Positions 39,410-52,918 of a stretch of 64,000 nucleotides of DNA are shown one piece after another (position 1 is the stretch's first letter; each line of letters starts with the position of its first letter). The notes beneath the pieces are model-generated. The model saw only the letters and a program-made list of their open reading frames with translations, did not search any database and was not told the DNA's origin. This DNA is from Mobula hypostoma (Eukaryota), in the NCBI RefSeq assembly GCF_963921235.1, contig NC_086097.1, forward strand, positions 208,136,001 through 208,200,000, given 5' to 3'. A program made the position numbers and the translations under genes.

Positions 39410-42400
39410 TTTTTGTAATTTATTTTTTATTGAATTTCATCATCAAACAAACATTTCCATAAGATGTATTTCAGATACTGTACATATATATCATATAATC
39501 ATATTTGTCACAAATCTCCACATAATATTTATCTGAGGTATACACTTATAGAAAGGAGAGGAAAGAAAGAACAATCGAAAGAAGAGAACTATGTACAGAG
39601 TAGGGAGAGATTTTTTTTTACAATATATTCATTGACTTGTGAGAATAAAATCAGGTCTATGAGGTGTTATGTATTTAAACCATTTTTTCCAGTATGAATA
39701 AAATTGTTTCAACTTGTGATTAACAGATGCTGTTAACTCCTCCATTTTGTAAATGTCCGTTGTAATTTCTATCCATACATTTAAAGTTGGACTCTCCTGA
39801 GATAACCATTTCCTGGTAAGGGTCTTTTTTACCAGTACATTCATTAAACATTTATCTCTTTTCAACCATTCTTGAGGGTTATACCCAAAATATATAGTCT
39901 TACTCTCTAAGGGTATTTCACATTTAAAGATGTCTTGTAGGGCATTATGTATCCCACTCCAACAGTCTTTGATAACGGGGCATTCCCAGAAAATATGATA
40001 ATTGTTTGCATTTTGATTTCCACAATCTCTCCAGCAAGCCGGGGGGGGGGGGGGGTGGTTACTATTGTAATGGGATTTCTGAGAGGGTGTAAGAAAAGGA
40101 ATTAGGTTCTATCTTGTTATATCTTCCTTAGTTTTTTATATATAGGCTGATAACTTTGCCAAATCTTTTGGCATGATGATGTTCAAAGGATTGCATCAAT
40201 TTAGGTAAAGAGTATGTTGGTTGCCCTAGATAGATCAAAATGTCATCTGTGTAACAGGCCAATTTATGCTCTGTCCCTTTAATAGTAATTCCCCTGATAT
40301 CTTCATTTTGTCTGATGTATTGAGCTAATGGTTCCAGATGTAATGCCAAGAGTAGTGGTGACCATGCACAACCCTGTCTCGTGCCCCTTTCTAGGGTAAA
40401 ACTATTAGATAAATATCCATTGATTTTAATCCTGGCGGTAGGATTGTCATATAGTGCCTGTATAGTTTTAATAATTATGTCATGTAGACCAAATCTATGT
40501 AAAACTCTGTAAAGAAAATTCCAATTAACCAAATCAAATGCCTTTTCAGCGTCCACGCTTATCACTATTGCTTCAATTTCATTTTTTTTAATATGATCTA
40601 TAATGTGAAGTGTCCTTTGTATATTGTCACGTGTTTGGCGTTGTTGTATAAAACCTGTCTGATCATTATGTATCAGTGTGGGTAGAAACTCTTCTAATTG
40701 TTTGGCCATGATAGAGGTAAATATTCTATAATCCACATTAAGAACAGATATTAGTCTAAATAACCCATATTCCATTTTATCCTTGCCTTTTTTCGGTATA
40801 GCTGAGATTATCGCCTCCTTCCAGCTGGGTGGCATTTGTGCCTTTCTCAGGGCCCAGTTCAGTATGGGGAGTAAAATAGGAATTAACTCACTTCTAAACT
40901 CTTTATACCACTCTGCCGTATATCCATCTGATCCTGGTGACTTGCTTAACTTAAGCCTACTAATTGCAGTTTTTAGTTCAGCTTCAGTTTTGTCAGCAGT
41001 CATCTTTCTATTTTGTTCTTCGCCTAAAGTGGGTAACTCTACAGAATTCAGGTAGGTGTCAATTTTGGTTATGCTTCCCCCTGGAACTTTAGAATATAGA
41101 GTTTTGTAAAACATTTCAAAAGCTTCTTGAATTTCACTTAGCTTATTTTTTATCACTTTTGTTCTTGGATCCCTTATTCTATGAATTGTATTTTCTGCTA
41201 TCTTTTTTTTTCAGTTTCCATGCCAGTATTTTCATAGATTTAGATCCACTTTCATAGTGACTGTTTCAGAAACATTAAATTTTTTCTAATTTCTTGTGTA
41301 GCCAAACTATTAATTTCATTCCTAATTTTTTAAATTTCCTCTATTGTATCCTGTGCCAAACTCAATTTGTGTTTTGTTTCTCTACAAACGTAGTTCCTTC
41401 AGCTTATTTTGTAATTCCTCTAATGTTCTAGTCTTTATTATTTTCTTATATGAAGATATCGTTATAATTTTCCCTCTAAAGACAGCCTTCAGAGTATCCC
41501 ATAGAATGGGAGGTGAAACCTCTCTATTATCATTGAATTCTAAGTAAGGACCAATTTCTTTTTTAATTTGTTCCTTAAAATAGGGATCATTGAGTAGACT
41601 TGAATTTAGTTTCCTAATAATATTCTTTGGTTGTAGGTCAAAATCAACAGATAAATATATAGGTGCATGGTCACTTACATCTATTGTCCCAATTCCACAG
41701 GTGATTATTTTGTCTCTATCTTTTCCAAATGTTATGAAATAGTCTATTCTTGTATATACGGAATGGGGGGCAGAATAATGACTGTAATCCCTTCTGCCGG
41801 GGAAAATGTCCCTCCATATATCAATTAGACCAACATCCTCAAAAAGAGTGTTAACTTTCTTATGTAAGGCTTTTGATTCATAAGCTTTTCTATTGGAAGA
41901 GTCTAACTTTGGTCGTAATTGTAAATTTAGGTCTCCCCCACATACCAAGAGACCTTCTGTTTCCGTTACCATAATATTAGTAACTTTCTGGAAGAAACTA
42001 ATATCACTTCCTGGGGGTGCGTATATATTCAATAAAGTAACTGGATTTCCATCTATATTTCCCCTTACCAGAATATATCTGCCCTCCTTATCTCCCATTT
42101 CGAATACTTTTTCAAAATTTAGCTAACTTGAGATGAGAATAGCAGCTCCTCTTCTATGTCCTGATTTATATGAGGAGAAAAACAAATTTGTGAAGCCCAT
42201 TCTCTTTAATTTTCCATGCTCATTATCACTTAAGTGAGTTTCCTGTAAATATACAACATGGGCTTATTCTTTTTTCATTTTTGATAGAATTTTTCTGCGC
42301 TTGACTGGATTCAACAGCCCATTGATATTAAAAGAAATGAATTTTACTTTGTCCTTAGCAATGTGTATTTATCTGTTAGTGTATCATTGAAATTTGCAGA

Positions 42401-43924
42401 ATATAACTTAATCGATCTACTCCCTGAACAAATAAGAGCCAAGAAACGTGAATAATAAAAAAAAGGGTGACAAAGGTGTGATTCCAAGGCTGGGATCTCT
42501 AGATGACCCTGGGTTGGGCTAGAAGAAAAGTCTAGCCGTGGGGGATAGCCCCTCCTACCTGTGGGTTGAGGGCCCACGTTGCAGTACCTATAAAAGTAAG
42601 TAAAAAAAACTATGTCCATTACACAGAAGTGATTTCCCTGTGTATTCCTCCCATGTATATACTTTCTTTTAGGTGGGGAAAAAGGAATGAATAAATGAAT
42701 TTTTTTTAAATTGAGTAATATAAAATCCACATTATAGCACGTATTTCTCGAGATAGGTATATTGTCGTCTATTTTTGCTTCTGCTTAATTTATCAGTACT
42801 TCTAAAGTTAGCAAAACCTTATGGCTCTTCTGGAGGAGGTGAGGGCTGCCCTCGGAGAACTGACAGTCTCTTCCTAATATCCTCTCATTCTGCTCCCGTC
42901 CCCTGCTTTCTAGGTTCTCTTACTATATCCCAAGCAGATCAGGATAACTGCTCAGCGAGACTTTCCGTTGGTTTGACCACGCTAATGGACAGTCCTCTGT
43001 TGTTCACGTCTGTAGTCGCCTCTTCCACCCTCAGTTTAGCAGGGTACGGGGTTTGAATTTAATCTTCTCTTGCTTTAATATTTGTTTCTCTTCAGAATAC
43101 TCCTTCCATTTCTGTAGGACCACCGGGGGGGGGGGGGTAATCATGATCGAAGTAAATTAACTTCCCGTTCCAAAAACCCCTGTTCTTACCCCAGGCCCTT
43201 CGTAGAATCTCTGCCTTGCTCTCGAATCAAAGGAATTTTAGTACTATTGAGCGCGTTTACTTTGTCTGTCTCCGGGAGGCCGCTGGACGAGCGAACAATG
43301 TGCCCTTTCAATTTCAATCTCCATCGTCTGGGGAATCTCCAGCACTTCCCGCAGCAGCTTTTCTACAAAGTCCATCATCGACAATCCCTCTGCTCCTTTG
43401 GGAACATTATAATTCCTGATATTTTTCCATCGTGATCTTCCCTCCTGGTCAAAGCAATTTACTTTCCTGCTGATTTAATATTTTCATCATCTTACTTAGT
43501 ATCTGGTCCACGTTTTGCACGCGATCTTCCACCTTCTTAATTCGAGTCTCTGCCACCTCTATTTTCTGATTGACGTTGGCATTTTCTGACTTTATATCAT
43601 TGAGTTGTTGCTTTATATCTTTTTGGACTTCCCTTATCTCTTCCAAAATCCTTATCATATTTGTCGCTTTGCCTGCACGAGGCCCCACGTCAGCTTCGCC
43701 ACCACGCGCACATGCAGGAGAGCCGCGTGCTGCTCCTCTCTCTTCCATAGGCTCCGCAGTGGTGCTTTTTTTATCTCCATTCTTTTTCCCCATTCTTGTC
43801 CTCCTCATTAATTCAGGTATTTTCGAATGATCTTGTATTTGATGGATTAACGGGGCAAAGTATGCGTTTTTCTGGAGGAGCTGTTGGTTTAGGCTGCCAT
43901 TTTGAATAATGACATCACCAGAAC
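39410..43924 (-). mobile_element. L1-clade LINE with 5' end, disrupted ORF1/ORF2 and an internal ORF2 deletion
   Basis: ORF1 from ~43793 (MGKKNGDKK, coiled coil). Endonuclease NIYAP, GGDLN, RIDYF, SDHAP. RT KSPGSDG, DAEKAFD, GTRQGCAWSP, YTDD. A-rich tail. 14-bp TSD TGGCTTCTGATTTT (39396-409 / 43925-38) at a TT/AAAA site. Confidence 0.95.
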
Positions 43925-45389
43925 TGGCTTCTGATTTTAAAATCAAGTTCCTATTGCCCTGTAAAACCATTTTAATCTCTTTCCAGCTGCGGTAGCAGCC
44001 TCTCACCAACCCACCACCATCACTAGTACCATTTCCCCTGTGAGGATCTATGTCCAATTTTCGTTAAGGTGCAACCCACCTGGCTTGTAAAAATCCTTTC
44101 TTTCTTAGAAGTAATACCTCAAGGCCCCTTCCTATCACATGTTTCCTGTCATGAAGTGATCTGCTGTATCATCTTGTTTCTGTAGTCACCAGCACCTATT
44201 TCTGTGGCACCAGCAATATTCGAAGAACTACTACCTTTGAGGAGTTGCTTATTGACTACTTTCTAAGTTCTCTAAATTTAGCCCGCAGCACCTCAACACT
44301 CTTTAGCTATGTCGTTGGTACTGATATGAGTCACAACTTCCCGCTGTCCACCCTCCGTATTCAGGATATTCAGCAGCCAACCAGACAAGTCTTTGAACTT
44401 GTCTTCAGGGAAGCAGCGTAGTATCCTGGAGGCACAGGAAAAACCATCAACCAATAGTTGAGTCCTCTATTAGTAATGCACCGTCACTCTTCTTCTTCCA
44501 GTTCCTGAGGTTAAACTGTTTGTCATTATGAGCTCCAAGATGTGGCGGCATATTCTTAAGGAGCCATTGGCTTCAGTAGGGTTCAAAGGGAAATTTCTGT
44601 TTGTCAAGGAGATTGATTTAAATGTCTCCTGCTGCCTGCTCCTCTCAGTCTGCCTATTAATCACCCAGACCTTCATTGACTGCACACAGTTCACTAATGA
44701 TGTGATCAGCTCTGTAAGCATGCTGCCCATAAAATCCCCAGCCCTGCAGATTTTCTACAAGGACTGCTGTTGCTGGGATCACTTGCTGCACATGTAGTTG
44801 TCCAGGCCACTGGAAGCTTTTCCACTGTGTTTAACTCTACAGTGTCCCTGCCCTTCTGTATTTACTATACATCTCCGGGCTTCTTTTCCTGTTGGAAATA
44901 TCCACAGTGAAAAGAAGGTAGGACCTATTGTCCCTTCAATGTAAATAGATCGACTAGCAGCATTTGTGGCCTATAAATGTTTCCTAATGTCCTCAAGAAA
45001 GTCTTGGAGATCGCTTTGTTTGCAACTCGCTATAGCCTACAACACCCTAAACTCTGACTGCTGATGTTTTACTCTTTTGGTTGCTGGGGAGCATCGTTTG
45101 CTTTCTACGCAGCAAACAGACAATTGGCTACATGCAAAAAATAGGCAAACATTACTTGACGTGGTCCTGCTGCCAGATTCAACTGGACCTTGTTTGGCTG
45201 GTTCTCCGTCCGTTTTCAGTCCCTCCTCCCCCCCCCCCCTCCCCACCCCCCACCCCCAGACAACTCTCACTTCACTGTAACTACTGAAATCATTATTTTC
45301 TTATTCATTTCAGATTATATTCACTACAAGGAAGGTTAGAGTTTAATCTGCAATTTGCCTATCACTGCAATTGATTTCTTAGTGGATGC

Positions 45390-45960
45390 AATAGCAATAT
45401 CCACTTCAGGCTGCTGTTTATTGATTACAGCTCAGCATTCAACATCATCCTACCCTCAGTACTAGTCAACAAGTACCAATACCTGGGCCTCTGTATTCCC
45501 CTCTGCAACTGGATCCTTGACTTCCTCACCGGGAGACCATAGTCAGTGCAAACACTTCATCCTCGCTGACAATCAACACTGGCACACCTCAAGGGTGTGT
45601 GCTTAGCCCACTGCTCTACTCTCTCTCTACACCTATGACTATGTGGCTAGGCACAGCTCAAACGCCATCAATAAATTTGCCGTTGACATCTCTATCATGA
45701 GCACAAACCTCCCAAACATCGAAGACATCTTCAAAAGGTGATGCCTCAAAAAGGCAGCATCCATCATGAAGGAGCCCCATCACTCAGGATGATGCTACTA
45801 TAAAGGAGGAGATACAAGAGCCTATAGGCGTACACTTAATGTTTTAGGAACAGCTTCTTCCTCACTACTATCAGATTTCAGAATGGACAATAAACCCATA
45901 TACACTACCTCATTATTTTTCCTTTTTATGCTCTTTTTGCACTACTTAATTTAATATTTA
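45390..45960 (+). mobile_element. Rex1-type fragment with internal deletion
   Basis: [10 protein letters not shown] and TPQGCVLSPLL are joined directly to the C-terminal region. A (TA)n(TG)n microsatellite follows. Confidence 0.8.
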
Positions 45961-45982
45961 TATATATATGTGTGTGTGTGTG

Positions 45983-46750
45983 TTCAATATGTTCAATAGG
46001 TACATTTAATGTCAGAGAAATGTATATAACATACATCCCGAAATTCTTTTTCTTCTCAAAAATCCACAAAAACAGAAGAGTGCCCCAAAGAATGAATGAC
46101 AGTTAAATGTTAGAAACCCAAAGCCCCCCAGCTCCCCCTCCCACGCATAAGCAGTAGCAAAGCGATGACCCCCCTCCACCAGCAATAAAGACACAGACTT
46201 GCAGTATCCCAAAGACCACTCATAATTCGACACACACAGACTCTCTCTCTCTTTCCCTAATAAGGGAAAAAGAGGTGAACTCGTTTCACAGCGAAAGGGG
46301 AGAGATAACAAACAACTCGCTGACTTATGATGTTAAAAGTCTGTTGCGTTGCTTTTTCCGAGCTCTGTGCCCAAAGAATTCGGGTCTCTGGACTTACAGC
46401 CAGCAGGCCAGCTTGCTGCTTTCGATCTTCCGTGTACTCCCATGACACATCAGACGGCGGCACCAACCTCAAATCTGCCCGCCTCTAGAGCCACAAAAAT
46501 CCAGCACCCTGAAGGCACACTACTCTCCCAGGCCGTGTCCTTGAATATTGAAAAGCAGCCGGTCGTGAGGCCCTGAGAGAGGGTCCCATTTCCGCAAAGA
46601 ACCAAAGTCAGCATGTAACTCCAGGTCAGGGTCTTCAAAGGAACCCTGAAAAGGAAAAAAAAGAGATATTAAAGATGGAAATAGAGCTGTTTCCGAAGAT
46701 GCAAGCAAAGCAGTCACCGTTACGTGCCATCATCCTGCGCTCCGCCCTCC
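45983..46750 (-). mobile_element. Non-coding non-autonomous retroelement with Rex1-like tail
   Basis: GC-rich head GGAGGGCGGAGCGCAGGATGATGGC on the minus strand. Tail with a TTCAATA repeat at 45983. No LINE ORF. Confidence 0.5.
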
Positions 46751-46756
46751 ATCAAT

Positions 46757-47220
46757 TTCAAATTCAAGGTAAATATATTATTGAGGTACCAATATGTCTC
46801 CATATGCAACGCTAGGATTCATTTTCTTGTGGGCATACTCAATAAATCTATAGAATAATAACCATAACAGCATCAATGAAAGACCACCCAACTTGAGTGC
46901 AGTCAACCAGAGTGCAGAAGACAACCATGCAAATACAAAAATGAAGAAATAATAATAAAATATAAGCAATACATATTGAGCATATATGAAAAATACTTGA
47001 AAGTGAGTCTATTGATTGTGGCAGCATTTCAATGATGGGGCAAGTGAAGTTGAGTGAAGTTATCCCCTTTAGTTCAGAAGCCTAATGATTGAGGGTTAGC
47101 AACTGTTCCTGAACCTGGTGTTGTGAGTCCTGGGGCTCCTGTACCTTTTTCCTGAACATGACCTTGGTGGTGGGGGTGCCTGATGATTGATGCTACTTTC
47201 CTGTAATAGCATTTATGTAG
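46757..47220 (-). mobile_element. Rex1-type 3' fragment
   Basis: Reverse RYRSPRTHNTRFRNS remnant at ~47100-47145. TTCAAA tail repeat. Confidence 0.75.
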
Positions 47221-47555
47221 TGCCTTTAAGTAGTGCAGTCTGGGGAATTAAACTGTAGCGTACTTGCACAAGACATTCTGCGTGTATGTTCAACTCTAAT
47301 TATTTCTAAATCAGGACAGTCTGTAACTTAAAGAGATCAAAGAAGAGTTTAAATCTCAGCTTCCGCCTCTCATTTTAAGAATTCCTGACAGTTTTACAGC
47401 ATTGAATTACTTTTTGAAGTTAATTTGCTGCTTCAGTGTAGAAAATATTGCTGCAAGTTATCTGATAAAGGCTAGATAATGTGTTTAGGAACTTCTAACT
47501 GAGGGATAAACATTAGTTAGCACACCGCAGATAATTCTCCTTGAGAACAGACTAA

Positions 47556-48346
47556 GGCTATGTCCATACTAGACCGGATAATTTTGAAAATGCTGGTTTC
47601 GCATGAAAACGATAGGCGTCCACACCAGGCGTTTCTGAAAATACCTCCAGCCACATTAAAACGGGTATTTGGGCGAATCTCCTCCTACTGGGCATGCACA
47701 GGACACATCTACAGAAAACAAGCGAAGAGGAAACGGTATACTTGGTGCGCATTTGTCCAGTTACAGACTAGAAAAACTTAAAAGGAAATTGCCAAACAAC
47801 GGACAGCTGTTGGCTCTCACGCAGGAGAACTTAAAACTGAAAAAACAAATACTGGAGCGTATGGAGGTAACTGACAGGGAGTTCACGGACAGTATGACCC
47901 GGCTGACGACGAACATTGAAAAACTGACTAACTCTGTTGCAGAGGGATTTACAATGATGAGGAATATGATGGCTCCCCCCAAGTACTTTTCACCGCCACA
48001 ATAGCAGCCTCACAGCCACTACAATAGCTACACTTACGGACACACAGACCCCCCAGGTGGCCCCACCAACATTTTCCCCACCCCCACAGAGGGGTCACCC
48101 TGGAAACATTTCCTACAGCCATAGTATTTTCACCGATGAAAGGGACGACAGTTTTTTCAAATCCTCCAGTTACCCCGTATACACTACAACGCCCAATCGG
48201 CATTTTCAGATTTAAACACTCTGGAGAGCATTTTAGAAAGGCTCCATTTTTGGGGGAAGAAAACACTGTTTTGGTGTGGACAGAGGGTCAAAACGAAGAG
48301 AAAAAGCTTCAGTTACAGATTTATGCGGTCTAGTGTGGATGTAGCC
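47556..48346 (+). mobile_element. Non-autonomous PIF/Harbinger element
   Basis: TIRs GGCTATGTCCATACTAGACCG / CGGTCTAGTGTGGATGTAGCC, flanked by TAA / TGA (3-bp TSD, one mismatch). Internal coiled-coil ORF 47669-48004. Confidence 0.75.
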
Positions 48347-48889
48347 TGAGCCTCAGACTCAGGGTTTGGAAGAGTTTACAGTTGTCTATATTCTTGAGTT
48401 CTTGTTTCCTCCTTCTTTGCAGTTTATGTGTTTGATAATAGACTTGGCAAATTGCTGCAGTACCTTTATTGCTGTTGCCCACCTGAGCCATGGTGTGCTG
48501 ATGATCAAAGAACTGAATGTTTGTGGTGGAGGATTGAGTGGCAGTGAGCTATTTTGTCTGAGATAGTGTTGAGTTCGTCAAATGTTGTTGGAGCTCTCCT
48601 CATCCAGGTTAATACAGTCTATTCTATCACTCTTCTGACCTGTGTTGTGTGAATGGTAGAAGTGGAGTCAAAGGGAAGGTATGTTGATGCCATCATGAAA
48701 AGGTATATCTCTGGACAGAGTTTTAGGTAAGATATCTCTATGTGTAATCATCTGTATGATTTTATTAAATGTCACCATACCTTTTCATAATTGGTCAAAA
48801 TATATAGTTACTTACCTCTTTATCATCTTAAAGATTGGTGAGGCAGGGGTCAGCTGGGAATGACAAACACCTTCATTAGCTGCAACAGA

Positions 48890-49665
48890 ATCTCGCCATC
48901 AGTCATATTTTCTCTGCCCTTGCTGCTTTCCAAGGGGACCCTCTCTTGTTTGCTCACACTTCCCCATCCAGTACCCAACACTTTTTTTCTACAGATGTAA
49001 CATTTGTCTCTGCACCTCCAGCCTCATCAACGTCCAAGGACACAGGTCGCCCAGCAGGTCATGTGCAATACATCCAGTCTCGACTGCAGCATTTAGTGTT
49101 TTTAATGTGGCTTCCTCAACATCGCCAAGATTAAATGTGGACAAAATGACTATTTTGAGGAACTTCTGTGCTCTGTCCAACATAGCTATATTGAGCTCCC
49201 AGTTGTAAGCAATCTCAGCTCTCCTTCCCATTCCCACTCTGACCTGTCTGTCTTTTGCTTTCTCTACTGCCAGAATGTGGCCAAATGTAAAACAGAAGAA
49301 CAATATTTACTCTGAGTAGTCTACAGTCCAGTGGCATGAACACTGAATTTTCCAATTTCAGGAAACCCTCACCACACTCCTTCTGATCCACCCAGGTTCT
49401 CTTACCTCCTCTTCCCAAAGCCTTACCGCTGCTACACCTGTTTCCATCTATCTATCACCGTCTTCACCCAGTTCTATCAGCCCATTTCACTTGTCTCCCT
49501 CACCACTCATACTAGCTATCTCCCCCTCTGATCCTAAAGCAGGGTCTGCACTCAAAATGTCAATCATCCCTCCACTTCTACAGACGCTGCCTAGTCTGCT
49601 GAGTTCCTTTTGCAGTTTGTTTTTCACTCCAGATTACAGCATGTGCAGTCTTGTATTTCCAGCAC
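48890..49665 (+). mobile_element. Degraded Penelope 3' part
   Basis: Endonuclease-end remnant LSSLQSSGMNTEFSNF plus terminal arm and tail. Confidence 0.7.
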
Positions 49666-50189
49666 TACAATCCCATCAATCCCATACCCCTTCTCAATCA
49701 CATGCCCATCCGCTCCCCTTTGATCCTTTAGCAATTTACTTACACACGAGAGTAATGTACAGAAAGCAACTAACTTAAAAGCACGTCTGTATGTTAAATA
49801 AGAAAAAATCATCAATATGTATAGTTGTGTGTATTTACATGTCATTTTAATACTTTGCACAAATTCGGACTATATGATAAAAAATGTGGAAGAGGTACCA
49901 TGTTATGTAATATTGTTTGGGTAAAATGTGAAGCACTGTGTTGCATTGCCACCTTCTGGTAGACATCCAAAGGCCAGACAGATTTATTCCAAAGTGATAC
50001 ATTTCTTCTTTCTTCTTAAGTTATATTATTTTACAAGGCAACAATTCCAAAGTCTGTTAATAAAAAACTTTTACTTAAATTGCAAGAAACTTTAAATTAA
50101 ATGGAACTCTGGTAATGGTGATACATTGGTGATGAGGAATGAGGAACGAGGGACGGCTCCCTTCTACGTTCGTGAGAGCTGATGAAGAT

Positions 50190-50590
50190 TGGGGGCCCAC
50201 ATTGTCAAGCACTTCAGCTCCATCGACAAAATGTAGGATTTCCCAGTGGCCAACAATTTTAATTCCTATTCCATTATGCCAGTCAGAGGCCTACTCTTCT
50301 GCCTCAATGAGGCCACACGCAGGCTAGAGGAGCAACACCTCATATTCCATCAAGGTAGCCTCCAAACTGATGGCATGAACATAGATTTCTCCTACTTCTG
50401 ATAATTGTTTCCCTTTCCCCCTTCGATATCCCAGTCTGGCCTCTAATCTCTTCTCCTCACCTGCCTCTCACCTCCCTCTGATGCTGCTCTTACTTCCCTT
50501 TCTCCCGTGATCCACTCTCCTCTCCTATCAGATTCATTTATTTCCAAAGCTTTATTGTTTCCAACTATCATCTCCCTGCTTCTCACTTCA
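50190..50590 (+). mobile_element. Degraded Penelope 3' fragment
   Basis: EATRRLEEQHLIF..SLQTDGMNIDF followed by a pyrimidine-rich tract. Confidence 0.7.
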
Positions 50591-50604
50591 TATGAACATA
50601 AGAA

Positions 50605-52918
50605 GTGTGTAAAGGAAGAGAAGTGGATGCAGCTAGTTACAAGGCAAAAGGTGCTCAAGAAGCTGAAAGACCTAAAGGTACATAGGCCACCCAGGCAAGA
50701 GGAACTGCACCCTAGGATTCTGAAAGAGGTAGCATTAGAGATTGTGGTGGCATTAGAAATGATCTTTCAAAAATTCTTGGAATCTGGCATGGTGCCAAAG
50801 GACTGGAAAATTGCAAATGTTACTCCACTCTTTAAGAAAGGAGGAAGGCAGTAGCAAGGAAATTATAGATCAGTTAGCCTGATCTCAGTGGCTCGGAAGG
50901 TGTTAAAGTCAATTGTTAAGGATGAGGTGACACAGGACAAGATAGTTCAAAGTCAGCATGGTTTCCTTCAGGGAAAATCCTGCCTGACAAACCTGTTGGA
51001 ATTCTTTGAGGACATTACAAGTAGGATTTTCAGGGGGTGCAGTGGATTTTGTATATTTAGACTTTCAGAAGGCCTTTGACAAGGTGCCACACATGAGTTC
51101 AGAGCCCATGGTATTACAGGAAAGTTACTAACATGGTTAGAGCATTGGCTGATAGGTAGGAGGCAGTGAGTGGGAATAAAAGGATCCTTTTCTGGTTGGC
51201 TGCCAGTGACTAGCGGTGTTCCGCAGGGGTCAGTGTTGGGACCACTTCTTTTTATGCTGTATATAAATGATTTAGATGATGGAATAGATGGCTTTGTTGA
51301 CAAGTTTGCAGATGATACAAATATTGGTGGAGGAGCAGGTAGTGTTGAGGAAACAGATAGGATGCAGAAGGACATAGACAGATTAGGAGAATGACAAGAA
51401 AGTGGCAAATTTGATTATGAGGACACTCAGTCCTCGTTTTATTGTCATTTAGAAATGCGTGCATTAAAAAATGATACAATGTTCCTCCAGTATGATACCA
51501 CAGAAAACAAGACAGACCAAGACTAAAACTGACAAAAACCACATAATTATAACATATAGTTACAACAGTACAAAGTAATACCGTAATTTGATAAGAGTGG
51601 ACCATGGGCACAGTAAAAAAAAGTCTCAAAGTCCTGATAGCCCATCATCTCATGCAGACGGTGGAAGGGAAAAAACCCTCCCTGCCATGAGCTTCCAGCG
51701 CCACAAACTTGCTGATGCAGCATCCTGGAAGCACCCGACCGCAGTCCAACTCTGAATCCGTCCAAAAACTTCGAGCCTCCGACCAGCCCTCCAACACCAA
51801 GCACTGAGCACCATCTCTGCCAAGCACTTCGACTTCGGCCCCGGCCGCCAAGCAACAGGCAAGGATTTGGGCCCTTCCCCTCCGGAGATTTCGGATCATA
51901 CAGTAGCAGCAACAGCAAAGCAGGCATTTCAGAAGATTCACCAGATGTTCCTCTGTGCTCCTCACATCTGTCTCCGTCAAATCAGGATTGTGCACGGCAC
52001 CCTACTTGACGGATTACAGATATCATTCCCCGGAGAGGCCACGCGCACTGTGTCGCGCCGCCATCTTCTCCTCTCGCCTACAATGTTGGAAAGTGCATTG
52101 ACATGCACTTTGGTAGTAGAAGTAAATATGTAGACTATTTTCTAAAGAGGGAGAAAATCCAAAAATCTGAGATGTAGAGGCACTTGGGAGTCCTTGTGCA
52201 GAATACCCTAAAGGTTAACTTGCAGATTCAGTCACTGGTGAGGAAAGCAAGTGCCATGTTAGCATTCATTTCGAGAGGTCTAGAATACTAGAGCAATAAT
52301 GTGATGCTGAGGCTTTATAAGGCACTGGTGAAGCCTCACCTTGAGTATTGTGAACAATTTTCGGCCCCTCGCCTTAGAAAAGATGTGCTAGCATTGGAGA
52401 GGATCCAAAGGAGGTTCACAAGGATGATTTCAGGAATGAAAGGGTTATCATACAAGGAACGTTTGATGGCTCTGGATCTGTACTCACTGGAATTCAGAAG
52501 GATGAGGGGAGATTTCATTGAAACCTTTCGAATATTGAAAGGCCTAGACAGAGTAGATGTGGAAAGGATGTTTCTCATGGTGGGCAAGTCTAAGACAAGA
52601 GGGCACAGCCTCAAGATAGAAGGGCACCCTTTCAAAACAAAGATGTGGAGAAATTTCTTTAGCCAAAGGGTGGTGAATTTGTGGAATTTCTTGCCAAATG
52701 CAGCTGTGGAGGCCAGGTCATTGGGTGTATTTAAGGGAAAGATTGATAGGTTCTTGATTGGACATGGCATCAAAGGTTACGGGGAGAAGGCCGGAACTGG
52801 GATTGAGGAGGAGGGAAACAAAAGGATCAGCCATGATTGAATGGCAGAGTAGGCTTAATGGGCCAGATGGCCTAATTCTGCTCCTATGTCTTGTGGCCTT
52901 CTTATGGTCTTATGGTCT
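50605..52918 (+). mobile_element. CR1 LINE 3' portion interrupted at 51411-52078
   Basis: [55 protein letters not shown] tail at 52902-52917. Confidence 0.95.
51411..52078 (-). mobile_element. Non-coding non-autonomous retroelement with AAGATGGCGGC head and stem-loop tail
   Basis: Splits the CR1 between AAGTGGCAAAT and TACAATGTTGG. Minus-strand head GAGAAGATGGCGGCGCG. 3' AATAAA followed by a GAGGAC/GTCCTC hairpin. Confidence 0.65.

Larger units (their letters stand above)
38130..44830 (-). mobile_element. Old CR1 (ORF2 remnants 38130-39395, ORF1 remnants 43939-44830) split by the L1 insertion
   Basis: ORF1 esterase remnant RCFPEDKFKDLS...VVTHISTND at ~44310-44430 and zinc-finger remnant DNYMCSK at ~44780-44805. 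Confidence 0.6.

Noticed and set aside
40040..40056. Long G runs (also 43125-43137, and C runs at 5467 and 45228) as G-quadruplex signals
   Set aside because: They are simple homopolymer expansions, mostly inside decayed LINEs, and their lengths are error-prone.
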